From NCBI GenBank assembly GCA_965205425.1, contig CBDBGZ010000009.1, positions 32,001 to 96,000 of the forward strand: DNA of 64,000 nt, in the 5' to 3' direction. Below the pieces are notes generated by a model that had not been told where the DNA came from, did not search any database, and saw only the letters and a program-made list of their open reading frames with translations. The DNA is from Nitrosopumilus sp. (GTDB lineage: Archaea > Thermoproteota > Nitrososphaeria > Nitrososphaerales > Nitrosopumilaceae). Numbering within the stretch: position 1 is the stretch's first letter; every line of letters starts with the position of its first letter. A program made the translations under genes and the position numbers. Shown here one piece after another: positions 1-8,765 of this stretch.

Positions 1-154
1 CAATGTAACGATTGTTATCAGCATCCCAGATGTATGCCCCATTGGCTTTTTTTGTAAAGAATGGATATGGCTCAAAATATCTAACAGGACTATTAACTCC
101 TGATGGGATTACTTTTTTTGCAATATTGAATAATTTCTTGGATTCAGACACCAT
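1..154 (-). CDS. hemL: glutamate-1-semialdehyde 2,1-aminomutase, 5' part (runs off window)
   Basis: Manual translation [51 protein letters not shown]; the PSGVNSPVR motif is typical of the HemL N-terminus. Confidence 0.9.
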   Translation of the reverse strand, partial: MVSESKKLFNIAKKVIPSGVNSPVRYFEPYPFFTKKANGAYIWDADNNRYI

Positions 155-176
155 TGACTGATGTTTTGGGTCATTA

Positions 177-860
177 TTATTCGTAATTTGAGGCTCTTTG
201 TGCTTGGAATTTCTTTCTAAAGAAGAATGCCGCAATAGTAGTTCCCACAAAGGGTGCAGTCCAATAAAGCCAAAGATGTTCAAAAGTTCCAGATAACAAT
301 GCCGGAGCAAGAGCCCTAGCAGGATTCATCGATGCCCCTGAGATAAAAGCCAAAAATAGAATATCCAAACCAACTATTCCTCCAATTGCAACCCCACTAA
401 ATCCTCTCAAACCTTTGGTATAAACAACATAAAAGATAACTCCCATTAACATTGCAGAAGCTAAAACTTCAACTGGAAAAATTACAAACATTGAAAAATC
501 AAGATTAGGGGCATTTGCTCCAAGATTTGCTTTTTCTCCAATAAATGTTAAAACAAAAAGAGAGCCAAGTATTGCACCAATTATCTCGGCTGCAAAATAA
601 TATACCACTTGAATTTTCGATATGTGTCCGGTGACATAGTAGCCTATTGTTACTGCAGGATTAAAATGTGCAAGGGAAATTTTTCCAAAGGAGTAAACAC
701 CAATTAGTAATGCAATAAACGGAGCAAGAGCTGCGAAAGGAATCCCCAATTTACCATCAAATACCTCAGCATCATAAACTATTGAACCAGTTGCAAAAAT
801 TACAAGAATAAAAGTTCCAACTAATTCTACTGTAAAAATCTGCAAATTGGAATAGGCCAT
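177..860 (-). CDS. MIP family aquaporin/aquaglyceroporin, probably arsenite-related
   Basis: Two NPA boxes (AHFNPAV, SMNPAR), multiple TM segments, abuts arsC. Confidence 0.92.
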   Translation of the reverse strand: MAYSNLQIFTVELVGTFILVIFATGSIVYDAEVFDGKLGIPFAALAPFIALLIGVYSFGKISLAHFNPAVTIGYYVTGHISKIQVVYYFAAEIIGAILGSLFVLTFIGEKANLGANAPNLDFSMFVIFPVEVLASAMLMGVIFYVVYTKGLRGFSGVAIGGIVGLDILFLAFISGASMNPARALAPALLSGTFEHLWLYWTAPFVGTTIAAFFFRKKFQAQRASNYE

Positions 861-1267
861 TAACTTTTTGCCTCAAGGGTTTTGATAAAATTTTGTACTT
901 CTAATTTTATTTTATCACGAATAATCCTTACATCATCGAGGGATTTTTCTTTGGGATCAGGGATGTCCCAATTAACTGTATCTTTTACAAACAGAGAGGG
1001 ACATGATTCTTTATCCATACATCCCATGTTGACAGTTTTAAAAGAATTGTTGATCATTGAATCAGATAACATTTTTGGTTGTTGATTTTCCATAATAATA
1101 CCAACTTCTTTCATTACCTGAATTACAATAGGATTGATTTGAGAAGAAGGAGTTGTACCAGCACTAGAAACGTTGAATGTATCAGAAGCAAATTTTCTAA
1201 AAAAAGCCTCAGCCATTTGACTTCTACCGGCATTTTCTACGCATACAAAGAGCACATTTTCAGGCAT
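860..1267 (-). CDS. arsC: arsenate reductase, LMW-PTP family
   Basis: P-loop VLFVCVENAGRSQMAE, WDIPDP motif. Confidence 0.92.
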   Translation of the reverse strand: MPENVLFVCVENAGRSQMAEAFFRKFASDTFNVSSAGTTPSSQINPIVIQVMKEVGIIMENQQPKMLSDSMINNSFKTVNMGCMDKESCPSLFVKDTVNWDIPDPKEKSLDDVRIIRDKIKLEVQNFIKTLEAKS

Positions 1268-1313
1268 ATTTTCACTATTACATAAATATTAGTTTATATA
1301 AATTTAAATTGAT

Positions 1314-1613
1314 ATGAATGGAGTTAGTCTCCTAAAGTGTATTTGTAACGAAACACGTTTTGAGATTTTAGAGATGTTACAAAAAAATAATGAATTATGT
1401 GTGAATGATTTTGTAGAAAGATTAGAAAAAGATCAACCACTAGTATCGCATCATCTAAAGACATTAAAAAAATGTGGAATAGTCAAATCAAGAGATGAAG
1501 GTAAAAAAGCAATGTATTCAATTTCAAACAATCAACTATCAGAATTAATTTCAAATGTCACAAAAACAAGTAAAAAAATTCCAGTTTTATGTTCAGATGA
1601 TAAGTGCTGTTAA
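1314..1613 (+). CDS. arsR: ArsR/SmtB family transcriptional regulator
   Basis: ELCVNDF and SHHLKTL wHTH motifs, C-terminal CC, divergent from arsC. Confidence 0.88.
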   Translation: MNGVSLLKCICNETRFEILEMLQKNNELCVNDFVERLEKDQPLVSHHLKTLKKCGIVKSRDEGKKAMYSISNNQLSELISNVTKTSKKIPVLCSDDKCC

Positions 1614-1912
1614 AATTTTTCCGTTCGGACTACGCCAACATCACTAACATAGAGAACTATAGCAAAGTTTGCAAATAATGTTCTTGAAATTTCTTCTACA
1701 ACATCTTGTAATTTTTCTTCACGCATAATTACTTCAACTTTAACATTTTTTTCAGTTTTTAATCCTTGCCCACGAATTCCACGTGCACCATTCCCATCAA
1801 CCTCATAGGTTGTATATCCAGTGATATCATGTTTGCTTAAAATTTCAATAATGTTCTTTTGAGTAAGAATCTCACAAGTAATTGTAAGTAATTTTACATT
1901 GTATAATTTCAT
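1610..1912 (-). CDS. sbtB: PII-like regulator SbtB
   Basis: TGYT..V.GNGARG, NVKVEVI, V.VVRTEKF; directly downstream of SbtA-like transporter. Confidence 0.85.
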   Translation of the reverse strand: MKLYNVKLLTITCEILTQKNIIEILSKHDITGYTTYEVDGNGARGIRGQGLKTEKNVKVEVIMREEKLQDVVEEISRTLFANFAIVLYVSDVGVVRTEKF

Positions 1913-2994
1913 ATGAATCCCTTTGTTATGGAATTGAATAAGTCTATCGTTCCTTCTCCAGTATGTAGTAGTGTAGATATTGTAAACAGAATTGGCAATG
2001 TAATAATAATATTAAATGGAAATGTTATTCCCAAGGCAGATGTTATGTATAGACTTGGTTTTGCCTGAGGGATTGCATATCGTAAAATTGCAGGTGCTGC
2101 AATAAATGAAGCACTAGCCATCAATAATCCAAACATTACTGCACCTCCTATACTTAATCCAAGTACAGTTGCAACTAGAACACCAATTATTCCATTGAAT
2201 ACAGGGATAAGTATAGCAAACGACATAAGAAAAATACCTACTTTTTTGATATCATCAAGTCTTTGACCAGCAATGATTCCCATCTCAATCATAAAAATTA
2301 CTATTGCTCCAGTAAACAGATCATCAAATACAATCTTGATAGGTTCAAAACCCTCCTCACCAATAATGTAACCAATCACAATACTACCAAGTAGAATTAC
2401 AATTGCTTTTCCAGTAATGGATTCTTGCAATACTGTTGATAGTTTTGTTTTAGTTTGTTCAAATCCAACATCTATATCAGTGGAGTTATCATCGGTGAAA
2501 GATTGTTTCTTTGCTTTGATTTGTTTTGCTACAGCCATATTTGTCATAAATATTGCCATAATGAATGCAAGAGGTTCTAGTACTGCAAGAATTGCTGCAA
2601 TATATCCTTCTGATGTAACTCCTTGATTTTTCAAAAAGGATAAGCCAACAGAGAAATGAACTGCACCAACAGCACCATATGTAGATGCTAATGCATATGA
2701 GTCAAAAATATTGAACTTTCCAAGTCTTCGTAAAATTTGATAGTGGTTTAAAGTAAACAATAACGATAATCCAATTGCAGCTAGCATTGGAATCAACATA
2801 TTTTCAAATCCAGTATTACGCATTTCAATTCCACCATGCAAACCAATTGCTGCAAGCAGATAGATTGGTAAAAATTCTGAAATTGCTTCAGGAATTTTCA
2901 AATCAGATTTTATTCGAGCTGCAATAATTCCAAACAAGAAGAAAAGAATTATCGGAGTAAGTAAATTAGCTTGAATTAATTGTAATATGTCCAT
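1909..2994 (-). CDS. sbtA: sodium-dependent bicarbonate transporter SbtA (DUF897 family)
   Basis: IKSDLKIPE, IYLLAAIGLHGG, ASASFIAAPA, LGITFPFNI motifs; polytopic. Confidence 0.88.
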   Translation of the reverse strand: MDILQLIQANLLTPIILFFLFGIIAARIKSDLKIPEAISEFLPIYLLAAIGLHGGIEMRNTGFENMLIPMLAAIGLSLLFTLNHYQILRRLGKFNIFDSYALASTYGAVGAVHFSVGLSFLKNQGVTSEGYIAAILAVLEPLAFIMAIFMTNMAVAKQIKAKKQSFTDDNSTDIDVGFEQTKTKLSTVLQESITGKAIVILLGSIVIGYIIGEEGFEPIKIVFDDLFTGAIVIFMIEMGIIAGQRLDDIKKVGIFLMSFAILIPVFNGIIGVLVATVLGLSIGGAVMFGLLMASASFIAAPAILRYAIPQAKPSLYITSALGITFPFNIIITLPILFTISTLLHTGEGTIDLFNSITKGFI

Positions 2995-3048
2995 TTGAAT
3001 ACTTCAAAAAAAAATTTGCTGAAATAAAAACCAAGGTATTATTGAAAA

Positions 3049-4035
3049 TTAAACAAAGAGGTGAATCAGATAAGTAAATCCAATTCCCATTGCTGCAGCA
3101 CCAGGGATTGTAATAATCCATGAGAAAATAATCTGCCTACTAACTTTCCATCTTACTGCACGTTTTCTACGAGCAGCGCCTGAGCCCATAATTGTTCCTG
3201 TAATTGCGTGTGTGGTACTAGCAGGAATACCAAATACAGCAAATATTGCCAGCATCATTCCACCACTTGTTTCTGCAGCAAATCCTTGGTATGGTTTGAG
3301 TCTCGTAATTTTGACTCCAAGAGTTTTGATGACTTTGTATCCACCAAAGAAAGTACCAAGACCCATAGCTGCTGCTGCTGCAAAGATTACCCATAAAGGC
3401 ATTTCAAGATCTGGAACTAGTCCTGCCGAAAACAAAATTAAAACTATAATTCCCATTGTTTTTTGTCCATCGTTTGCTCCATGTGTCAATGCAAACCAAG
3501 CTGAAGAAATAATTTGTAATCTACCAAATGTTTTGTTTACAGGTCCAGGTTTTTTACTTGCAAAAATTGTAATAATTATAGTTGTAACTATAACTCCAAA
3601 AATTATTCCACCAATAGGAGCAATAACTATTCCTGCAAAAACTTTGGTTAAACCACCATAAACTAATTTTTCAAATCCTAATCCTGCAATACCCGCACCC
3701 ATTATTCCTCCAACTAAAGAATGACTGTTAGAAATTGGTAATCCAAAGTAGGTACACAATGTACTCCAACCAATTGCACCTGCAAGACCACCTACAATCA
3801 TGTAAACTGTGATATCATCAGGGCTGACAATTCCTTTTGCAATTGTTGCTGCAACAGCAACACCAAAGACGAATGGGCCAATGAAATTCATTGCTGCAGA
3901 TAAACCTACAGCATGGATTGGTTTTAGAACACGTGTTCCAATTACAGTAGCAACAGAATTTGCTGAATCATTAAATCCATTTACAAAATCAAAGATTAAT
4001 GCAACAATTATTGCACCTATTGCTATTTCTAACAT
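3049..4035 (-). CDS. pit: PiT family inorganic phosphate transporter
   Basis: NGFNDSANSVAT and HGANDGQKTMG signatures. Confidence 0.93.
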   Translation of the reverse strand: MLEIAIGAIIVALIFDFVNGFNDSANSVATVIGTRVLKPIHAVGLSAAMNFIGPFVFGVAVAATIAKGIVSPDDITVYMIVGGLAGAIGWSTLCTYFGLPISNSHSLVGGIMGAGIAGLGFEKLVYGGLTKVFAGIVIAPIGGIIFGVIVTTIIITIFASKKPGPVNKTFGRLQIISSAWFALTHGANDGQKTMGIIVLILFSAGLVPDLEMPLWVIFAAAAAMGLGTFFGGYKVIKTLGVKITRLKPYQGFAAETSGGMMLAIFAVFGIPASTTHAITGTIMGSGAARRKRAVRWKVSRQIIFSWIITIPGAAAMGIGFTYLIHLFV

Positions 4036-4044
4036 TTAATCATC

Positions 4045-4674
4045 TCATGTATATTTTAAAACGATATCTTCGATTACATCTGCAACATCAACGCATCTAT
4101 CAGATGCAGTTTCCATTGTTTCGTAGATATCTTTTAGTTTGATGATTTTAATTGCATCATCACTTTCAAAGAGTTCTTTGATTGCTTCTCTATACAAGTC
4201 ATCAACAGTATGCTCAATATCACCAGTATTTCTACAATGTTCGATCATATCATTTGAATTTTTGATGTTTTGTAGTTTTGAGATCATATATTGTACTTCT
4301 TTTGTAGCTTTGACTAGTTCCTCGGCCATTTGTTGGGTATATGCTGGAGGAGTAGTGATTTTGTAACTGTATACTCTAGCTGCAATTCCATCCATGAAGT
4401 CAATTACATCATCAATTTTTGATGCAATTCTCTGCATATCCTCACGATCCAGAGGAGTGATGAATGTCTTGTTTAGTTCAGAAAAAATATCACGTGTTAA
4501 AACATCGGCCTCTGTTTCAAGTCGATGAATTTTTTGAACTTGTTCTAAATTATCAAGATTTTCGAATAAAACTACTACGGCTTCAGAGGTTTCAACTGCT
4601 TTTATTGCTAAATTGTCAAGAATTGTTAAAAGTTCTTTTTCATTGGATTTTACCCAAGATAACCATTGTCCCAT
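4045..4674 (-). CDS. DUF47 / PhoU-like phosphate transport accessory protein
   Basis: LNKTFITPLDRED motif; upstream of pit. Confidence 0.9.
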   Translation of the reverse strand: MGQWLSWVKSNEKELLTILDNLAIKAVETSEAVVVLFENLDNLEQVQKIHRLETEADVLTRDIFSELNKTFITPLDREDMQRIASKIDDVIDFMDGIAARVYSYKITTPPAYTQQMAEELVKATKEVQYMISKLQNIKNSNDMIEHCRNTGDIEHTVDDLYREAIKELFESDDAIKIIKLKDIYETMETASDRCVDVADVIEDIVLKYT

Positions 4675-5370
4675 GATTCATTGAATGTAAATTTAGAGAT
4701 AAGGCTAGTGAACATAATGTCTATTGTTCTATATAGAGACATGATCAAAATACATATTTTATTTTGATCGAATATACTCAAAATTTATTTTAAAAAAAAT
4801 AAAAATAAGAAAAAAGGTAACTGTCTAGAGTTTTGAAGTAAAATCTCCAAGATATTCTAAAGAATAATCATGAAAGTTTAATCCTCATAATCTGCATGTC
4901 CCCTTTATACTCATCAGTATCTTATGAGAATCAGCACCATGAATGGTTCTATGACCGTTTGTAATTTTACGAATTATCACATTTGGTCTGATTGCCCTCT
5001 CTGCTGTGTTATTGTGTGAATCAGTTCCAGTAATTAGAAATGTAAAAAGCATTTTTCTCTCACGTTTCAATCGTTTTACAAACCTGATACAGTTTTTCTC
5101 TGTATATTTTTTTGATATGATGTGATTAATTCTCCTTTCAAGATTCTTTTTTGCGTGGATTCTTTCTGATTCTGATTTTATTTTTGCCACACCATGAGAG
5201 TCATAAATTATTTTCTTAAGATTCTTGGCAAATGGTACAAATTCTGGTCCGGGATTCTTGTGATTAATGATATCATTAACCTCTCTGAGATAATGGATGT
5301 GACATTTCTGGTGAGTTGTTCCAACATGGTTCCATGCAGGGTACGAATCACTTGTAATGTTGCCATTATA

Positions 5371-5501
5371 TAGCGAAAAGATAAAGTTCGTGAACTAAAA
5401 ATCATCAAAAAACTAGAGATTAGATGATTTTACCTAAGGTAAATACGAATAAACAATCTGAAACACCTTGAAAATAGTTCATGAACATATGCTTCTCGCT
5501 A
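5371..5501. mobile_element. 131-bp MITE type 1 (IS630-related ends)
   Basis: 27-bp imperfect TIR (21/27) TAGCGAAAAGATAAAGTTCGTGAACTA, TA duplication; matching copy at 36007-36137; left end shared with IS630 type A. Confidence 0.9.
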
Positions 5502-6165
5502 TATTCCTTGAGAATTCTCTTGGGAACATCCATTGAACGTGATTTGTCAATCTCGTAAATTACAGTCCATTTACTCACAAATGCCCACAACCAGTGGTTC
5601 TGGCCATCTACCCTCCAACTTGTCTCATCACCATGTATGTTTAGATCTTCTTTTAACTCTACAATCATTGTATCATATCTGCTCCCAAATGCTTTTGATA
5701 CTATTGATACTGCATGATTAATTGCAGATTCTGTAATGTGCAGTGAGAAGAGCATCTGCAAAAGATGAGATATTTTACCATACGATAATCCGATAGTTTT
5801 TAGTGATATGATTAGCACCATGAGCCTAATTCCAAACCTTTCATTTGACAGTACAGTGTGAATGTTACCCGAGATTTGTTTTTTGCAGTTTGTGCAGTAT
5901 CGTCTAACTATCGTATATTTTGTCACAACTGCTTTTGCAGGAATGATGTCTTCTACTATTCTGGTGTATGAATCAGTTGGTTCTGAGAGTAATTTGCCAC
6001 ATGTGTTGCACTCTTTTTGGTCAACTGTAATGGCATCATCAATGTGTGCCCGTCTGCTTCTACTTTTTCTAGGATGTCTTGATGTTTTCTTCTTTTTTGC
6101 AGTTTCAGTCTGGTTTGGTTTTGCTTTGATATTTTCTGCAACAAGTGTAGACACTGTTTGTTTTA

Positions 6166-7249
6166 TAGCGAAAAGATAAAGTTCGTGAACTAAATTATTC
6201 CAAAACAAAAAACTTTTTGATCACTATGTATGGTAAAATTTGATGAACAAGTTAGAATCACTTGAAAGCAGCATACAAAAAAGAAAACTCCAAGGTTGCA
6301 GTAAGGATGCTTGCAGTGTTGATGATTCTAAAGGATGGAAAGGACATACAGTGCACTGCAAAGACATTACACCACTGCACAAGCTGGGTGAGAAAATGGA
6401 CGAGTCGTTGAGATAGATGGCCTCTACGACCACCCAAGAAGTGGCAGGCCAAGAACAATCTCCCAGACTCGAATGGATGCTATCATGTCAAAAGCAATGC
6501 TAACTTTGTTTACCCCCATAATGTTGCAACAAAGTATCTTTTATTCCACTGGAGTAAAATTTCACATAACCCACATCAGAAAGATAATGCACCAATACGG
6601 CATGTCTGCAAAAACTGCACAAAAATATCACATCAACCATGCAAGTATATCTGCTGTGAGAAGCTGGCAACAACGCATCAAAAAGAGAATTTCACGCCTA
6701 AAAAAGAAAGGATTTGTAATTGCAATGGCTGATGAAGCATTCTTTGTAAGGGATACAAAAACAGGAAAAAAGTACTGGTCACCAGTTGCCAAGAGAATAT
6801 TTCTTCCATATACAGGACGACATGAGAGTCTGGCAGTGTATGGTACAATTACAGAAAATGGTAATCAACTATTCAGAGTTTATGACAAATTCAACGCTGT
6901 GACATTTGTAGAGTACCTAAAGGAATTGCATCAGAAATACGGCAAGATTGCAATCATTTTAGATAGAGCATCAGTTCACAAATCAAAGAAGGTAAAGGAA
7001 TACCTTGCAAACAATAGAGATGTCAAACTAATTTGGTTGCCAAATGGATCACCATACTTGAAGAACATGATAGAGCAGTGCTGGAAGATAAGCAAATATG
7101 CATTGTTGGTTTCAGAGTATTATGCAATGTTTACAATAATGAACAAGGCAGTGTCCTAATATTTCAGAGTGACAAAATTCAAGCTTGATGTTGCAAATTA
7201 TATCTTTAGAAATCCTGCAAAGATGTTTGCGAACTTTTGATCGTCGCTA
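6166..7249 (+). mobile_element. IS630-family element type A, transposase frameshifted with premature stop (ORF 6473-7159)
   Basis: TAGCGA...TCGCTA ends, TA duplication, DDE motifs ADEA / ILDRASVH / IEQCW; near-identical to 42522-43607. Confidence 0.9.
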
Positions 7250-7380
7250 TAGTTCTGCAATTTCCCTGTGTAGTGATTCAATATCTTTGCGTAACTGACG
7301 GTTTTCTTGCTCCAACGAGTGACATCTGTTACGATAATATTCCAGCTCATCATATACTGACAATTGTATATTGTAATTAT

Positions 7381-7582
7381 CCATGTGAATTGTTTTTATA
7401 CATTTCCTCTCTTTCCATACATCAGGGCATGGCTTTCGCTAGAGAATGGTTTCAATCAAAAGATGCGGACATGTATCCATACGAGACTATTCTCTCAATG
7501 CTATCTTCATCCTTTCATTAGGATTGTTCGCAGTTATCAAACGAGGCCTTGTCCCTCATAAATTACAACGCGACTTGCAGTC
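7381..7582 (-). ncRNA. candidate bridge/seek RNA region of the IS110 element
   Basis: Non-coding end conserved in 3 copies; two parallel TGAG..CTCGT stem-loops; short matches to target and donor junction. Confidence 0.6.
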
Positions 7583-8674
7583 CTAACTATAATTTTGTAC
7601 AAATTCTCTCCTCTCCTTTAACATCCAATAAATCACCCTCAGGATCTTTGATGCACCAGCTACTGCAGCTTTGGATGATCCTCTTTTCTTTTTAATGCGA
7701 TTGTAAAATTTTGTAATGTCGCTATCTGGTGCGTATCTAACATGTGCATGAATTGCCTCCACTAGCAACCATCTTAGCATGGTGCTTCCTCTCTTTGTAA
7801 TTCTTCCGTGATGTATTGTATCTGCAGAATTTCTCACCGATGGAACAATCCCTGCATATGCACATAACTTGTGAGAATTTGAAAATCTACTAATCTCTGC
7901 AATTTCTGAGAATATGCTCAATGCAGTGTATGGTCCAACTCCAGGTATTGATGTCAAAATACACACATCAGGATTATCATTTACCATGCGACGTATCATG
8001 GAATCTATTTTTGCAACCTCCTTTTTGTGAAATTTTATGCTTTGTAGGTACGAATCTATTCTATAACTCTCCAATTTTCCAAGTGCACGTATGTGTTCTG
8101 AGGAAAATGGTGTTGCTTTGATATGGATTCCCTCCTGTAGTGTAATGCCATGTATGGAATTCTTCATCTTTACAATGATGCGCACAATCTTGTGTCGATG
8201 TCTTACAAGCTGTCTGTATTGCACAATTGTGTGATCTGGCACAAATGATTCTGCAATGTATCCTCCTCGTAGCAAATTTGCAAGATGGTACGCATCAATT
8301 TTATCAGTCTTTTTGAGTGATGATGCTATTATCTTTGTGTTGTATGGATTAGATAGTATAACATCAAGATGTAATTTGTCTGTCATGTGTCTGTACAATC
8401 CATACCAGACAGATGATGACTCTAAAACATATTTTGCGTTCTTTGGAATTTTGGATGTAATTTTGCTAATAGCAGAAAAATCACTGGAAATCTTTTTGTT
8501 AAATAATAATTTGCCAATCTCATCTACTGCTGCCACCTGTACAGAGTTCTTGTGAACATCCAATCCTACAAACATCAAATATTTTTTTTCAGGAAGGGTA
8601 GTGTGTTTGTTTGCATTTCTTACTTTCTTGATACGAATGCAAGTACCATCTAATTTCCTAGCTGATTTTGGCAC
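7583..8674 (-). CDS. IS110 family DEDD recombinase/transposase
   Basis: VGLDVHK, VLESS, KTDKIDA, IPGVG, AYAGIVP.VRNS, GRITKRG; true start may be the Met of MFVGLD. Confidence 0.95.
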   Translation of the reverse strand: MPKSARKLDGTCIRIKKVRNANKHTTLPEKKYLMFVGLDVHKNSVQVAAVDEIGKLLFNKKISSDFSAISKITSKIPKNAKYVLESSSVWYGLYRHMTDKLHLDVILSNPYNTKIIASSLKKTDKIDAYHLANLLRGGYIAESFVPDHTIVQYRQLVRHRHKIVRIIVKMKNSIHGITLQEGIHIKATPFSSEHIRALGKLESYRIDSYLQSIKFHKKEVAKIDSMIRRMVNDNPDVCILTSIPGVGPYTALSIFSEIAEISRFSNSHKLCAYAGIVPSVRNSADTIHHGRITKRGSTMLRWLLVEAIHAHVRYAPDSDITKFYNRIKKKRGSSKAAVAGASKILRVIYWMLKERREFVQNYS

Positions 8675-8765
8675 ATATGGTTATAGTTATCATTGATCAG
8701 AAAAGATATTGATGAAAAATATCAGAGAAACAACTTCAAAACTCTAGACAGTTACGAAAAAAGAT

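Larger units (their letters stand above)
4885..7363 (-). pseudogene. IS66 transposase (TnpC-like), split by a MITE and an IS630 and frameshifted
   Basis: CxxC Zn motifs, IHGDETSW, HQKCHIHYLRE (read after MITE excision), NNTAERAIR; frame restored across both insertions. Confidence 0.88.
7377..8690 (-). mobile_element. IS110-family element with long 3' non-coding end (IS1111-like layout), copy 1
   Basis: ATAA core at both junctions; ends defined by comparing with 54695-56013 and 43608-43735. Confidence 0.88.
4817..8755 (-). mobile_element. IS66-family element carrying three nested insertions (MITE, IS630, IS110)
   Basis: 23-bp perfect TIR GTAACTGTCTAGAGTTTTGAAGT; 8-bp TSD GAAAAAAG at 4809-4816 and 8756-8763. 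Confidence 0.92.

Noticed and set aside
2417..4676. Short antisense ORFs over sbtA, pit and DUF47 (and similar ones over smc, ilvC and transposases)
   Set aside because: Fully overlap well-supported genes on the opposite strand and carry no recognisable motifs.
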